Below, one piece after another: positions 50,900 through 63,566 of a stretch of DNA of 64,000 nt (position 1 is the first letter of the stretch; each line of letters opens with the position of its first letter). Source of the DNA: Octopus bimaculoides. Taxonomy: Eukaryota. The position numbers were made by a program, and so were the translations under genes. Below the pieces are notes generated by a model. That model was not told the DNA's origin and searched no databases. It was given only the letters and a program-made list of their open reading frames with translations. Where the stretch lies: positions 123,603,496 to 123,667,495 of the forward strand of contig NC_068983.1 of NCBI RefSeq assembly GCF_001194135.2. The letters are read 5' to 3'.

Positions 50900-52320
50900 G
50901 TGGTGTAGAGAGTGCACTGGCTGGCATGGTGAACAAATAGGAAATGAGGGTATCAAATAGGCTAGATGTGTGGAGCAGATGGAGTATTAGCAGGTACAAA
51001 ATGACAAGACACCCTGTTGTAGATATATGTTATCCCAACCTTCTTTCCTACACTTATTTACATATGTTTTTCCATGCCTGCACATGTGGATGAGTGATTT
51101 CTAGCACCACATGTTGCCTCTCATTACAGTTCTTTCTCACCTCCCTCATGAGATGGAGCATTTTGTAATCATTCTTTACCACTTCAGTCTTCCTTTTCCA
51201 CAAGTTCCATTTACTTTGCACATTTTGCACTTCCTTATACAGTTGTCACCTTCCTTGCCCATCCCATACCCATTTCGGTGTTACCTTTTCCATGCATAAT
51301 ATATCTGATTCCTTTTATAGTCAGTTTTTCTCTCAGCTCATTTGTGTTCTGTTGTTTATGCATGCTAACATTCACTCAATGAAACATGCTTGCTTTATTT
51401 CTTTCTAGTTTTCATAATTCTTTTATTGGCGGATAATGTAATCGTTCTCTGAACTTTTTCAAACCTGTTCTTTCTCTGGCTACTGCACTTTAAGAATATC
51501 TGCTCCATTTACTAAATAGGTTACTTAGGCAACAAAATCTATCAATTCTTTTGGTAGATTGTCTAGATATTTAAGAAAATCTATTTTCAAAGTCCTTTTA
51601 GTGCTTATTACTCACATGTACTTTTTGCAATTAAAGTCTGCCTTCTCTGTCAACCTGCCTGTGATTTCACTGCATGGCTTATGCATCCATTGTGCACAGA
51701 AAGTGCACCACATGGAATTTCTAATTACTTTTCTGCATACTAAGCAAGGTCATTTCCCTGATGGTCACATAGTCCTGTCTTCTTTCCTATATACTAAAAC
51801 TTTAGTTATTGCTAGGTTTATTTTAAGGCTTTCAATTCTAGGTTTTGTTTCCCTCTCTGGAATTTCTTCTCTAAGTCTTCTACAGATTCTGCTAAAAGAA
51901 CTATGATATCAGTCTATAGGAATCCTTATGGACAATCAGATTTAAACTCCCCTGTTATGGCTTGAGTGACTATAATAAACAGGAAAGTGTTGAATACTGA
52001 GCTTTACTGGGTTCTGCCTTCATGCTAAATTCATTGCTGAACTTATTGCTAACTCTCAACATGCTGACTACCCCTCGGTACATGGCTTGTGTGGCCCTCA
52101 CAAACTGTTTGTCTATCCCTCACTTCCATAGCAACCACAAGACCACAGAGTGAGGGTCCTGGTCAAAAGCCTTTTCAGGGGCTTACTCTTCACCAAATAC
52201 TTCCCCTGCAGTTGCTTCTCTGAGAAGATGGCATCAATAGTTCCTCTTCTTGGTTCAAAGCCAAACTATCTTGTGCCTGCTAATCCTGTTCCTAGCTAAT
52301 TTTGTAATAACTTTTTCTGT
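50900..52320 (-). mobile_element. Degenerate RTE-type LINE (EN-RT region)
   Basis: Minus strand near 52.2 kb reads FGFEPRRGTIDAIF..QL; many stop codons. Confidence 0.65.
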
Positions 52321-52329
52321 AATTATCAT

Positions 52330-52627
52330 TCGAGCGAGGGCATTGCTAGAGCTGCTGGACTGGCTCCTGTGCAGGTGACACATAGAAACACCATTTGAGC
52401 GTGGCTGTTACCAGTACCATTTGACTGGCCCTCTTGCCGGTGGCACGTAAAAGCACCCACTACACTCTTGGAGTGGTTGGCGTTAGGAAGGGCATCCAGC
52501 TGTAGAAACACTGCTAGATCAGATTGGAGCCTGGTGCAGCCATCTGGCTCACCAGTCCCCAGTCAAACCGTCAAACCCATGACAGCATGGAAAGCGGTCG
52601 TTAAACGATGATGATGATGATGATGAT

Positions 52628-52628
<1 letters not shown>
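52330..52628 (+). mobile_element. RTE-derived short element with (GAT)n tail
   Basis: Homologous to 8294-8598. Confidence 0.8.
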
Positions 52629-52667
<39 letters not shown>

Positions 52668-53539
52668 CATATATATTGAGTATCTTACAGTTTCCATTTA
52701 CAAAGTTTGGGTTGGCCCAGAGCTATAGTACAAGACATTTGTCCCGATTTCCAAGCAACAGGAATGAACCTGAAACCATGTGGTTGGGAACAAACTTCTT
52801 AAAGCACATGACCACTCCTGTACATGTGTGTGTGTGTGTGTTTGTGTTTGTGCGTATAACTCCTTAACAAACTTGTAGGCCATTGTGTATTCTATTTCAT
52901 CTCTATGTCATTCACCTCTTTGCACTTATTACATTCTCTTTTCCTTTGTCTGTATATATTATCTCTGTGTAATATTTTCTTGAGGTCAAAATTGAAACCT
53001 CACATCATATATATATGATTGTGCTGAAAAGTTTCTAACTTTGGATAAAAGAAAATACAGGAGAATCAGTTAATTATGATTTTATTCAACATATTCTCCT
53101 TTCAGATTCACACACTTATTGCAGCAGTTCTTCAATTTTTCTAAGCCTTGCAAATGAACTGGGGAGGCCATTCACTATACCCTTAAAGCCAGGAACTTTT
53201 CAGCCCCACCCCCACCTAAACAATTTATAGTGATGAGTAAAGCTTGTTACAGTTAAATTGATACATGAACCAGGTCAAAAATGTAGATAAAACTACAAAA
53301 GTGTTTCAATTATTTTTATCTCAGATGTTTCTTGTTTGGCTGCACCTGTAGAAATTTTAAAGTGTAATGTAAATCTTAAAACTTGGTGTATTCATATAAA
53401 TTTCAACAATTTCAGGACAATGATTACTTTACAAAACTACCCCAATATGCCAAATCTGAAATCAATTGAAAAGTGGCAACCAAACAGAAAAATCCTTTAT
53501 CTCTTCCTGTCATATTTATAGATATCTGTTGTTTTAGAT

Positions 53540-56043
53540 CAGAGGTCACTAAACTTTTTCCATAGTGGGCCAGATATAGCTAAAAGAATGCCAAGTGCAG
53601 GCCGGATAAATATTTTGTTCAATTCAGTACAATATAGAATACACTGAATGTACACAAAAAATAAAAACAGTCATCCTATTTATTTATCATCATCATCATC
53701 GTTTAACGTCCACTTTCCATGCTAACATGGGTTGGACGATTTGACTGAGGACTGGTGAAACCAGATGGCCACACCAGGCTCCAATCTGATTTGGCAGAGT
53801 TTCTACAGCTGGATGCCCTTCCTAATGCCAACCACTCTGAGAGTGTAGTGGGTGCTTTTACGTGTCACCCGCACGAAGGCCAGTCAGGTGGTACTGGCAA
53901 TGAAAATACACAAAATAATAAAAACAATAAACATATTTTAATAATACCAAAATATTACCAATTTAGAATTTTTAGAAACAGTGCACACATAGCTGAATTG
54001 CATAAAATGTAAGCAGCACAAAAGTTTTGCTTCCAAAATATCAACATTTGCTTTATGATTGCTGCAGCCAACCATAAGAATTGCTTTCAAATGTTCATCA
54101 GTGAACCTTGTTCAATGTATTGACTTCACTCACTTCATTTTTGAAAGAAGTTGCTCACAAACATAAGTTGTTCCAAAAACTGAGGCCATACCTGAGGCAA
54201 TTTTTTTCAATTTTGAAAACTCATCAGGAGGCAAGCAGCAATAAAATTCAATGAGTTTTCCTTCTCTGTGCTTCTCTTTCAACAAGGTATTAGCTTACAA
54301 GTCAATAAACTCCAGTTGTAGTTCAGTTGGCATGTTATCAAGATTACAGCCAAAGGGATTCTCAAACAAAAGAATTTCATTCTCAATTCTGTCAAGATCT
54401 GAAAATCTTTGAGAAAAATGCTTATTTAAGTCCTGATTAATTTTTTCCANNNNNNNNNNGAAGTTTCCTCCTTCAAGTTGTGCTTCAAACAATGATAGCT
54501 TTTTCCGAAACGCTGTAATAATTCTGTAGAGATTACAGACAAGGTTATTCTTTCCTTGCAGTTTTAAATTCAATTCATTCATATGAGAAGTGATGTCAAC
54601 TAAAACTGACAACTTTGATAACCATGAAGGATCTGACAGCGGTGAATCAGCTCTATTCTTTTCAGTGAGAAAAAGATCTATTTCTCTTCTGAGCTTATAA
54701 AAACGAAACAGGATTTTACCACAACTGAGCCATCTTACTTCTGTGTAGTAAGGCAAGTCACAGAAATTAGAATCCATTTCTTCAAGGAAAGCCTGGAACT
54801 GTCAGCGATTAAGCCCATGATTCCGAATAAAGTTCACCACAGTTGTAACTGGTTTTAGTATGCAAGAAATATCTAAGTGTTTTCCACGGAGTGCTTGCTG
54901 ATGTATAATGCAGTGTATAAACAGCTTCTGGTAGTTGAAGCTCCTCCAACTTGGTCTGGATCTGCCCTACCAAACCCTTCCTCACTCCTGCCATGTTTTT
55001 TCCTCCATCAACTGTAACACACCGAAGCTGATTTCATTGAAGGTTATAGTTTTCTGCATCTCTATGAAAATATCTTCTCCAGTTGTTGTTCCACGTATAC
55101 TGCAAACGGATGCCATTTCTTCTATAATCTCAAAGTTGCAATTAACACCACAAATGGATACAAGAAGCTGTGACGTACTAGAGAGATCAGTAGACTCATC
55201 CATTGCAAGAGAATACCACAAAAATTTCTTTGCTTTCTCATGTATCTGTAACTGTATTCTCTCCAATTTCTTCTGTTCTCTGCACAACTGAACTTGCTGA
55301 AAGGCTGATACAGCCAAACATGTTACCTTTTTCAGGACACAAGTCATTTGCTGCTTCCATCATGCACTCTTTTGTAAAGTTTCTGTCAGTAAATGGTTTT
55401 CCTCACTCTGCCAACTTATTCACTATTTTGTAACTTACACAAATGATAGATTCACTTCTAACAAACTTTTCCGTAAAGAAATTCCTTTGAGATTCCAAAC
55501 TACGTTTCATAAATTCAGATTTCTTGGACTGCAACTTTCCAGAATATTTAGAATGTGTTGAGAGATGTTTTGCTTCATAGTGACGACGAATATTGTACTC
55601 TTTCATAACTGCAACACTTTCATTGCATATCTCAGGCAACTCGCTTACTGGTCATTTGTTTCCACAAAGAAGTACTTTTCTCCCCATTCTTTATTGAAAA
55701 TGCGACATTCATCATCAACCTTTCTCTTCTTAGTAGCCATAACGATGGGTGAAGAAAAAACAAAAGCAGTCTTAGGCCTTGGCGTCAGATATTCTCGTTT
55801 TAATTGTAATCACTAATAACTGACAAGCCCGAGGCACATGTGATGTACTGTAGTAATTATTATGGAGCGTGAAATACATAGCGCGTGATGTGACAGACTC
55901 AGTATACATAGGACATGCGTAATCTAAGAAGTGTAGGAAGCAGTATAAAAACATTGTTTATTTTCTGCAGCATACGATGGCGGGCCGGACAAAGTGGCAT
56001 CAAGGCCAGATCCGGCCTGTGAGCCATAGTTTGGTGACCCATG
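53540..56043 (-). mobile_element. hAT (Buster/Charlie, GTF2IRD2-like) DNA transposon with frameshifted transposase
   Basis: TIR CAGAGGTCACTAAACT / AGTTTGGTGACCCATG; exact 8-bp TSD TTTTAGAT (central TA) at 53532-53539 and 56044-56051. Motifs: ICNESVAVMKEYNIRRHYEAKH, SLAMDESTD, CIIHQQAL, TEVRWLS, TTYVCEQL. An RTE short element is nested at about 53687-53900. Confidence 0.92.
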
Positions 56044-56071
56044 TTTTAGATTATAAGAAAAGTAAAATATA

Positions 56072-56294
56072 CAAGGGGGTGCTGAAAAGTTCCTGGCTTT
56101 AAAGGTATCACAAAAGCCCTGGTTTGTGGCCCAACCTTCCAAGTTCTTTTACAGGGATTAGAAAACCTGAAGCTGAAGGACTGCTGCAATAAGTGTGTGA
56201 ATTTGAGAGGGGAATATGTAGAATAAAATCATAATTAACTGATCCGCCTGTATTTTCTTTTACTTAAAGGTAGGAACTTTTCAGCACTCCCTCA
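56072..56294. mobile_element. Mariner-like MITE
   Basis: TA TSD; TIR CAAGGGGGTGCTGAAAAGTTCC / GGAACTTTTCAGCACTCCCTCA. Confidence 0.75.
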
Positions 56295-57329
56295 TAGTTT
56301 TAACATCATATTTCTAATAATGAAGCAAAAACAAAAAGAAAAGTTAAAAAGAAAATGGGCCTACAAAATGTCAGTTGTGCCATAACTGTTGTCAAGTTTT
56401 GAGGATGTGATTTGTAGAGGCTTTTTGTTATTTATCATTTTAAAGGTGCAGCAGATTTAGTTTTGTTTAGTTAAAAAGAGAGTGTTTGGTTTCTGGTGAA
56501 TGAAGGAAGAAATTAACCTTTTATTTATACAGCAAGTCAGTCCAAATGAGGAAGATCAATGTTTGTGACCTTGGCGAGCCATAGTGAGACTGATGCAGTC
56601 AGTGTTCAAGTAAACATTTTTAGGTCAGCATGTTTTCACTTAGTCGTAACAGTAGCAGAGAAGGCTGGGTTTGTGATGAATTTTTTGTTGTTGTTGTTTT
56701 CATAATGTTAGTAGAAGTGAAACCTATCATTTGTTTGCATGTGAAAGTAAAAGCAATAACTAGATGTGATTTTATATATGAGCAACCTTAGTAAATGGAC
56801 ACACACGCGCACATATATATGGAGGGCTGACAACATCTTGTAAGATAGAGGGAGAAAGAGAGGTCCTGATAATCACATAGATTTAGTTTTTGTTCATAGG
56901 TAAAATTAGGAGTGTGTCTTATGTGCTTCTGTTGTTTTTTATTTTTTATTCTATTAATATTTTATATTACAAAGTGAACTGGCATGAATGGAGTTTCTAC
57001 TCTTTGAAGGTACAAACATGATGTAACATAGGTTGTGCTATTTTACCTCAGCAGAATGTTGCATAAAGTACAAGCATATGCTATTGGTGATTGCTTTAAT
57101 GCTATGTTAATTTGTTTCATTCAGCTTACATTAATTAGATATTACTCTAAATGTTAAATTTTCTGCTCAAACTGTTTTTTGCTACTGTGATTTCTTTTGA
57201 ATAGAAATATTTGAAATATCTGTTTCTGAACTGCCTTTCCCAGGATTTGAACTGGGATTGAAAGATGTATTTCTATACAGGGGAAATTAAAGTATTTGTT
57301 CTTAGGATGGACTTATCCAAAAATAGATT

Positions 57330-58610
57330 GCTCAAGCCATAACAAAAGAATTCAAATCTGGCTGCCTCTGGGAGCTCCCCTATGTTGATGACCTTGTTCT
57401 TATAGCTGAATAAACTACATGACCTTGAGAAGAAATTTCAGATGTGGAAGCAAGGCCTGGAATCTTAGGGCCTTAGAGTTAATTTAGGAAAAACTGAAGT
57501 CCTAGTGAGTAGGAAAATGGACAAATCACAAGTCTTTTCATAGAGGTGGATCTGCTCGATATGTAAGAAGAAACTCCATATGTTGTACCCAGTGAAAGCT
57601 TGAGACACGTAAAAGGTGTAGCAGTATCACAGGAAGTTTAACAGAGAAAATAGTCTTTGTGTGTGTCAATAATGCGATAAGCAATAAAAATGCACACACA
57701 ATAGACTTCTTCAAATGCTCAGGGGGATCATTAGAAGTAGTAGATAGCTTCTGTTATCTAGGTAACAAAGTTAACAGTAGAGGAAGAAGTGCTGAAAGCA
57801 TAGTTGCTAGAATAAGAACAGGTTGGGTGAAGTTCATAGAGCTTTTACCTTTGTTGGTAACTAAGGGTTTCTCCCTCAGAGTGAAAGGCAGATTGTATGA
57901 TGCCTGTATATGTACAGCTAAGCTACAGGACAGTGAAACATGGGCTATGACTACAGAGGACTTACAAAGGCTTGAAAGAAATGAAGCTAGTATGCTCTGC
58001 TGGATGGGTAATGTCAGTGTGCACACACGACAGAGTGTAAATGATTTATGAGGAAAACCAGGTATAAGAGGCATTATATGTTGTGTGCAAGAGAGAACAC
58101 TGCACTTGTTTGGTCATGTGATGTGCATGGATGAGGACAGCTGTGTAAAGAAGTGCTGATCTAATTGTAGAGAAAATCTGTGGAAGGGGTAGACCCAGGA
58201 AGATGTGGGACGAAGTAATGAGAGATCATCTTGAGATGCTGAGCCTCACTGAGGAAATGACATGGGACCAGGAGTTTTGTGGTGATTTGCTGTACTTGAT
58301 AAGACACATGAAGCTAAGTAAAATCACAATCATCCATACATACAGGCTTGCTCTTTACAGTTGCCGGTGCCACATTAAATGCACACGTGCCTGTGCTGTG
58401 TAAATGCACCATGTGTAAAGGCACATAGAAAACACCCAGCACACTCTAAAGAGGTTGGCATTTGGAAAGGCATTCAGCTGTAGAAACCATGCCACAACAG
58501 ACAATTGGAGTCTGGACAGCTCCTTTGCTGGCCATCTCTTGTCAACCCCCCCCCCNNNNNNNNNNNNNNNNNNNNNNNAACCCATGCTAGCATGGAAAAT
58601 GGACATTAAA
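57330..58610 (+). mobile_element. RTE LINE, RT C-terminal part and 3' UTR (degenerate)
   Basis: QAITKEFKSGCLWELPYVDDLVLIAE; ORF 57659-58051 reads FCYLGN..ARIRTGWVKFIELLPLL..LERNEASML. Confidence 0.9.
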
Positions 58611-59466
58611 TGATAAAAGAATCATTGTTTGCTTTTGCTTTTCTTCAGCACTTTCATTCATCCTTTCATACTTTTTCTTTGTGAACTTCCAGTTCTCCAC
58701 AGACTGATATACAGACAAGTCGCATGGCCAAAAACAGCCATCATTACAGCTATGCTGTTCACTTATCAACAATAACTTGATATTTCAGTGTTACAATTTA
58801 TTTTGAATAAATCTCTTGTTACCAAGCATCTATCAGATGTTGTTACACATCGTTGATCACAGTGCGTTTTTGCATTGTTTTAGCCTTCAAAGGATGCCAA
58901 CCTGCTGGCTAGGCGAGCAGGCCAACATTCCCCACTTGATCAAAGAAGGACTGGAGCAATGTGAAATGAAGTGTTTTGCTCAAGTACACAACCCGTCACC
59001 CAGTCAGGGAATTGAACCCCAATCAAGCAATCTTGAGTGCAACAGCCTCTAACCACTAGGCCATGCATCTTCACATTTTGAATTATGTAGTTAGTGCAAA
59101 ATAAACCAGCTTTGATAATTTTCATGAACATCTAAAACATGAACAGGTGCACAATTTATTGTTACAAGCCACCATCACAGCTTAAAATACTATTAAAATC
59201 CATCGCTGCTTTATGCTTTATATACCGGTGTATTAACAGTTTTACAAGCCATGCAGTTTTCAGTTACACCATCCTTTGTCCACTGAAAGATTGCAGCTTT
59301 GTAGAAGCTGCAATGATACTATACCATGAGACTGTACCTGAAACCATATGATTGCAATGCGAGCTTCTAAATCACACAGTCATGTATAAGGTGTAAAAGT
59401 GTGTATTTGTGACTCACTGCTTGAGAACCAGTATGTTAGTTTGTTTAATAGAATAAGTACTAACAT

Positions 59467-60099
59467 TTACCCCTTTTAGCATTTAATCTGGCCATATTTG
59501 GCCCAGATATTTTACCTGTTTTATGTTAAAACTGACCAGATCCAACCTCTCACACATACAGTACAATGTTGTTGGCACTCCATCGGTTACGATGACGAGG
59601 GTTCCAGTTGATCCGATCAACGGAACAGCTTGCTCGTGAAATTAACGTGCAAGTGGCTGAGCACTCCACAGACACGTGTACCCTTAACGTAATTCTCGGA
59701 AGAGATACAGCGTGACACAGAGTGTGACAAGGCTGGCCCCTTTTGAAATACAGGTACAACAGAAACAGGAAGATAGAGTGAGAGAAAGTTGTGGTGAAAG
59801 AGTACAGCAGGGATCACCACCACCCCCTACCGGAGCCTCGTGGAGCTTTAGGTGTTTTTCGCTCAATAACCACTCACAACACCTGGTCTGGGAATCGAAA
59901 CCGCGATCCTACAACCGCGAGTCCGCTGCCCTAACCACTGGGCCATTGCGCCTCCACACATATAGTACAATGTCATTTTAAAAATATACAAGCTCACCAC
60001 TGGAATCTTGAAGCTACAAAGTAATGCACAATTAATTCAAAACAATGTGAGTCAATAAGTATCACATTTGACAGAGTAAACTGAATGGTAAAGGGTTAA
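59467..60099. mobile_element. piggyBac-like MITE containing a nested SINE
   Basis: Ends resemble 15812-16036 and 20563-20785 once the SINE is removed; right end is GGGTTAA. Confidence 0.65.
59570..59954 (-). mobile_element. tRNA-derived SINE with 19-bp TSD
   Basis: Head GGAGGCGCAATGGCCCAGTGGTTAGGGCAGCGGACTCGCGG; TSD CACACATA(C/T)AGTACAATGT at 59551-59569 and 59955-59973. Confidence 0.9.
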
Positions 60100-60141
60100 A
60101 AAATATAAGTCCTGGATTTGAGGTGACCAACTAAAACCTTT

Positions 60142-60205
60142 CATGGTGGTGCTCCAGCATGGTGGTGCTCCAGCATGGTGGTGCTCCAGCATGGTGGTGC
60201 TCCAG
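60142..60205. repeat. Perfect 16-bp tandem repeat, four copies
   Basis: (CATGGTGGTGCTCCAG)4 within a SINE-tail-like sequence. Confidence 0.95.
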
Positions 60206-60257
60206 TGACTGGAACTAGTAAAAAAATTAGAGGATATATGAAAATATTCATTTATTC

Positions 60258-60465
60258 TTTTTCAAGTTTCAGTCGTTTTGAATGCGGCCATGCTGGAGCA
60301 CTGCCTTAAAGGGTTTTAGTTGAAGAAATCAACCCCAGGATTTATTCTTTGTAAGCCTAGTACTTATTCTATCAGTCTCTTTTGCTGAACTGCTAAGTTA
60401 TGGGGACCATAAACACACCAACATCAGTTGTCAAGCGATGCTGGGGAGACAAACACAGACACCTA

Positions 60466-60505
<40 letters not shown>

Positions 60506-60657
60506 GGGCTTCTTTCAGTTTCCATCTACCAAATCCACTCACAAGGCTTTGGTCAGCCCGAGGCTATATTTAAAGACACTTGCTCAAGGTGCCACGTAGT
60601 GGGACTGAACCTGGAACCATATGGTTGGGAAGCAAACTTCTTACAACATAGCCATAT
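60258..60657 (-). mobile_element. tRNA-derived SINE
   Basis: Homologous to 13604-14006. Confidence 0.8.
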
Positions 60658-61251
60658 GGAGATTAAAAAATATATTTTTGTCACTACTACTGACTGTGCA
60701 TGTGCAGAAGTTGATTACCACTAGTAATCAATAGACCTACTAGAAATAACAGCCATTATGTCCCTCAAATCCCACCCTGCAATCTTAATAAGGACACGTT
60801 AGATAATGTAGTCCTGCTGCTTCTAGCTGCATTCTCATTGTGGTTTGCCATCATAAAAAGGACACATGAGATAATATAAATGTTCAGCTAAAAAAAAAAA
60901 ATAGCAGCTAAATCTCTCTTAAATGATATTCATCATGTTGGATAAAAAAAGAACATATTGGAGAATGTGGTCTTGGCAATGTATGCTTCAGGAAAGAAAC
61001 ATGGCAGTGACAGCTGAAATGTCTTTGGTCATAGGTCTGAAAGGAAGCATTAACTGGTTGAAGAGTAAAATAACCAAATAGATAATATATTTAAAAAAAA
61101 AAGAGAAAACAGTATTTCATTGTTTTTTTTTTCAACTCAAATTCTTCATTTGCACACTGAAGTCTTCTTGCTTCAGTTCAATAGTTACCAGGTTCTCCAG
61201 GAATATTCTCAAGAAGAGATTTCAGCCCTCTCAGGGTTTAGGAGGGTTCTT

Positions 61252-61298
<47 letters not shown>

Positions 61299-62886
61299 GT
61301 GATATGTCCCCCATTATGACAACATATTTTGTCATCTGTATGACTGGCTCGAACAGCATACCTCACTGACTGACACTACTTACTGAGTCTGCCCACTATT
61401 TATTAGTTGTAGACCAGCCCACTTCTCACCTGGGGGTGTCTGCCACAACATCTCCACTCTTTGAGATGTTTTTCTCTTCTTTCAACACATTATGTTTTTT
61501 TTAATTTTCATTTCTTTTTCTTCCAACCACAATTATTTTTCTCTTCTTATTTAGGTTTTTTTCTATTTCCACACAGAATTATATTTTGTTTTTTTTCAAA
61601 ATGCCACAGGTAGTACCAGTCTGCATTATTTACCGGTAACACTATTAACATATAGTTACCTGACTTAAATCCTTTGAATGGACTTATTATTATTTTTTGC
61701 TCCACACAGAACCATTTATTTTCTTTCAAAATGCTGCAGGTAGTACCAGTGCTATTAACATATAGCAACCTGACTTAAATCCTTCATACGAACTTATATA
61801 ATTTTTCACTGCATGTAGTTCAGTTCTGTGTTAGAGTTCCAATTTTATCAGACATTTTTTTCTTCAGAATCTTTTTTTATATATTCATTGTGTGAAGTTC
61901 AAGTCTGTGTTAGAGTTCCAGTTTTGTCAGACATTTTTTTTCTTCAGAATTCTTTTCATATATTTTTCACTGTGTGAAGTTCAAATCCCACCTCTGGATT
62001 TTTAACATTTTTCCACTGTATGAGCTCTGAATGCTCGTTGCCATTGATGTGTCCCGCATTATGATGACGTATTTCATCTTCTGCGTGACTGGCCCAAACA
62101 GCATACCTCGCTGACTGTAATTCTTTTTATTTGGCACCTAGGACATGACACAGAGGGGACAGCACAAGGACAGACAGAACACCACTGGCTGAGCACTCTC
62201 ACAGGCACACACACCCTTAAATATAGTTCTCAGGGAGATACAGCGTGACACAGAATGTGACATGACCAGCCCTACTCATTTTTGCCAGCTGATTGAATTG
62301 GAGCAATGTGGAATAAAATCTGCTCAAGGACATATCATGCTTCTGGGAATTGAACCCATGACCTTACAAATGTGAGCAGATTACTGTTAACCACTAAGCC
62401 ATGTGCCTTCACAAATAAGCATTGCATCTGACAGAATAACCTGAATGCTAAAGGGGAAGTTCATTTTACAGCCATATGGTTTTGGATTCAGTCCCATTGT
62501 ATAGTATCTTGGCAAGGATGTTTTCTACTATAGCCTTAAGCTATAGTAGAAACTGGATAAAGTCTGTGTGTGTGTGTGTGTGAATGTTTATATTCTGCAT
62601 TTTACATGAAAAAATGTGCTGAACTGTGAAGAGTGAAGTTTGTTGACATTTCCCTGTCAACAAGTCATCTGATTGTTTTGTGCTTTCAAAGACAAGTGGA
62701 ATGGAAATTTCTTGAGTTAAAAAATAGGTAACATTTAAGGACAGGAAGGGCATGCAACTATAAAAGAATGTCTCAGTAATATGCATTCATCTAACTCATG
62801 CTAGTATGAAAAAACATGTAAAAACAAAAGAATGAGCTTCTTACATTATTTACATTTGACAGATATTTGTCATCTTGTTTGTTGTT

Positions 62887-62932
62887 AACACAACTTTTCA
62901 GCTGATATACCCTCCAGCCTTCATCAGGTGTC
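62887..62932 (-). ncRNA. Minimal hammerhead ribozyme, inverted copy (palindrome mutated)
   Basis: Minus strand reads GACAC-CTGATGA-AGGCTG..CAGCT-GAAA-AGTT-GTGTT. Confidence 0.6.
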
Positions 62933-63520
62933 TTGGGGAAATTTCAAACCTAGGTTCTCATTCCTAAGGTATATTTCGATGTTATTATTATTCAGGTCAC
63001 TGCCTGGAATTGAACTTGGAATCTTGGGGTTGGTAGCCCGTGCTCTTAACCACTATGCCATATGCCCGTAGGCAATTATGGAGTGAATTTTAGGGCTTAT
63101 AAATCTAATATTTTTCTATCCTTCCTTAATACCAGTTCCCATATGCTATTCATATCTGCACTCAGTCTGCTTAGGAGGTTGTTGTGTCCTAGCATATGTG
63201 TTGCTTCTTTTAGGTTTTATATTTTCCAGTGGTGTTCTCTGTCTATTATTTTAACTTCATCCTACAGGGTGAGGTGGTCTCCATTTTTCCACACATGATC
63301 AGCTATACCCAATTTATCAATATCTCCTCGCGTCACAGCTTAGCAATGTTCTTCTACCCTTATTTTGAGGGAGCGGCATGTTTTGCCTTTGTATAACCTT
63401 TGGTTAAGAGCACGGGCTACTAACCCCAAGATTCTGAGTTCGATTCCAGGCAGTGACCTGAATAATAATAATATCGAAAAATACCTTAGGAATGAGAACC
63501 CAGGTTCAAAATTTCCCCAA

Positions 63521-63566
63521 GACACCTGATGAAGGCTGGAGGGTATATCAGCCGAAACGTTGTGTT
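63521..63566 (+). ncRNA. Minimal type I hammerhead ribozyme
   Basis: Stem I GACAC/GTGTT, core CTGATGA, stem II GGCTG/CAGCC, GAAA, palindromic AACGTT in place of stem III; predicted cleavage after GUU (63561/63562). Confidence 0.75.
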
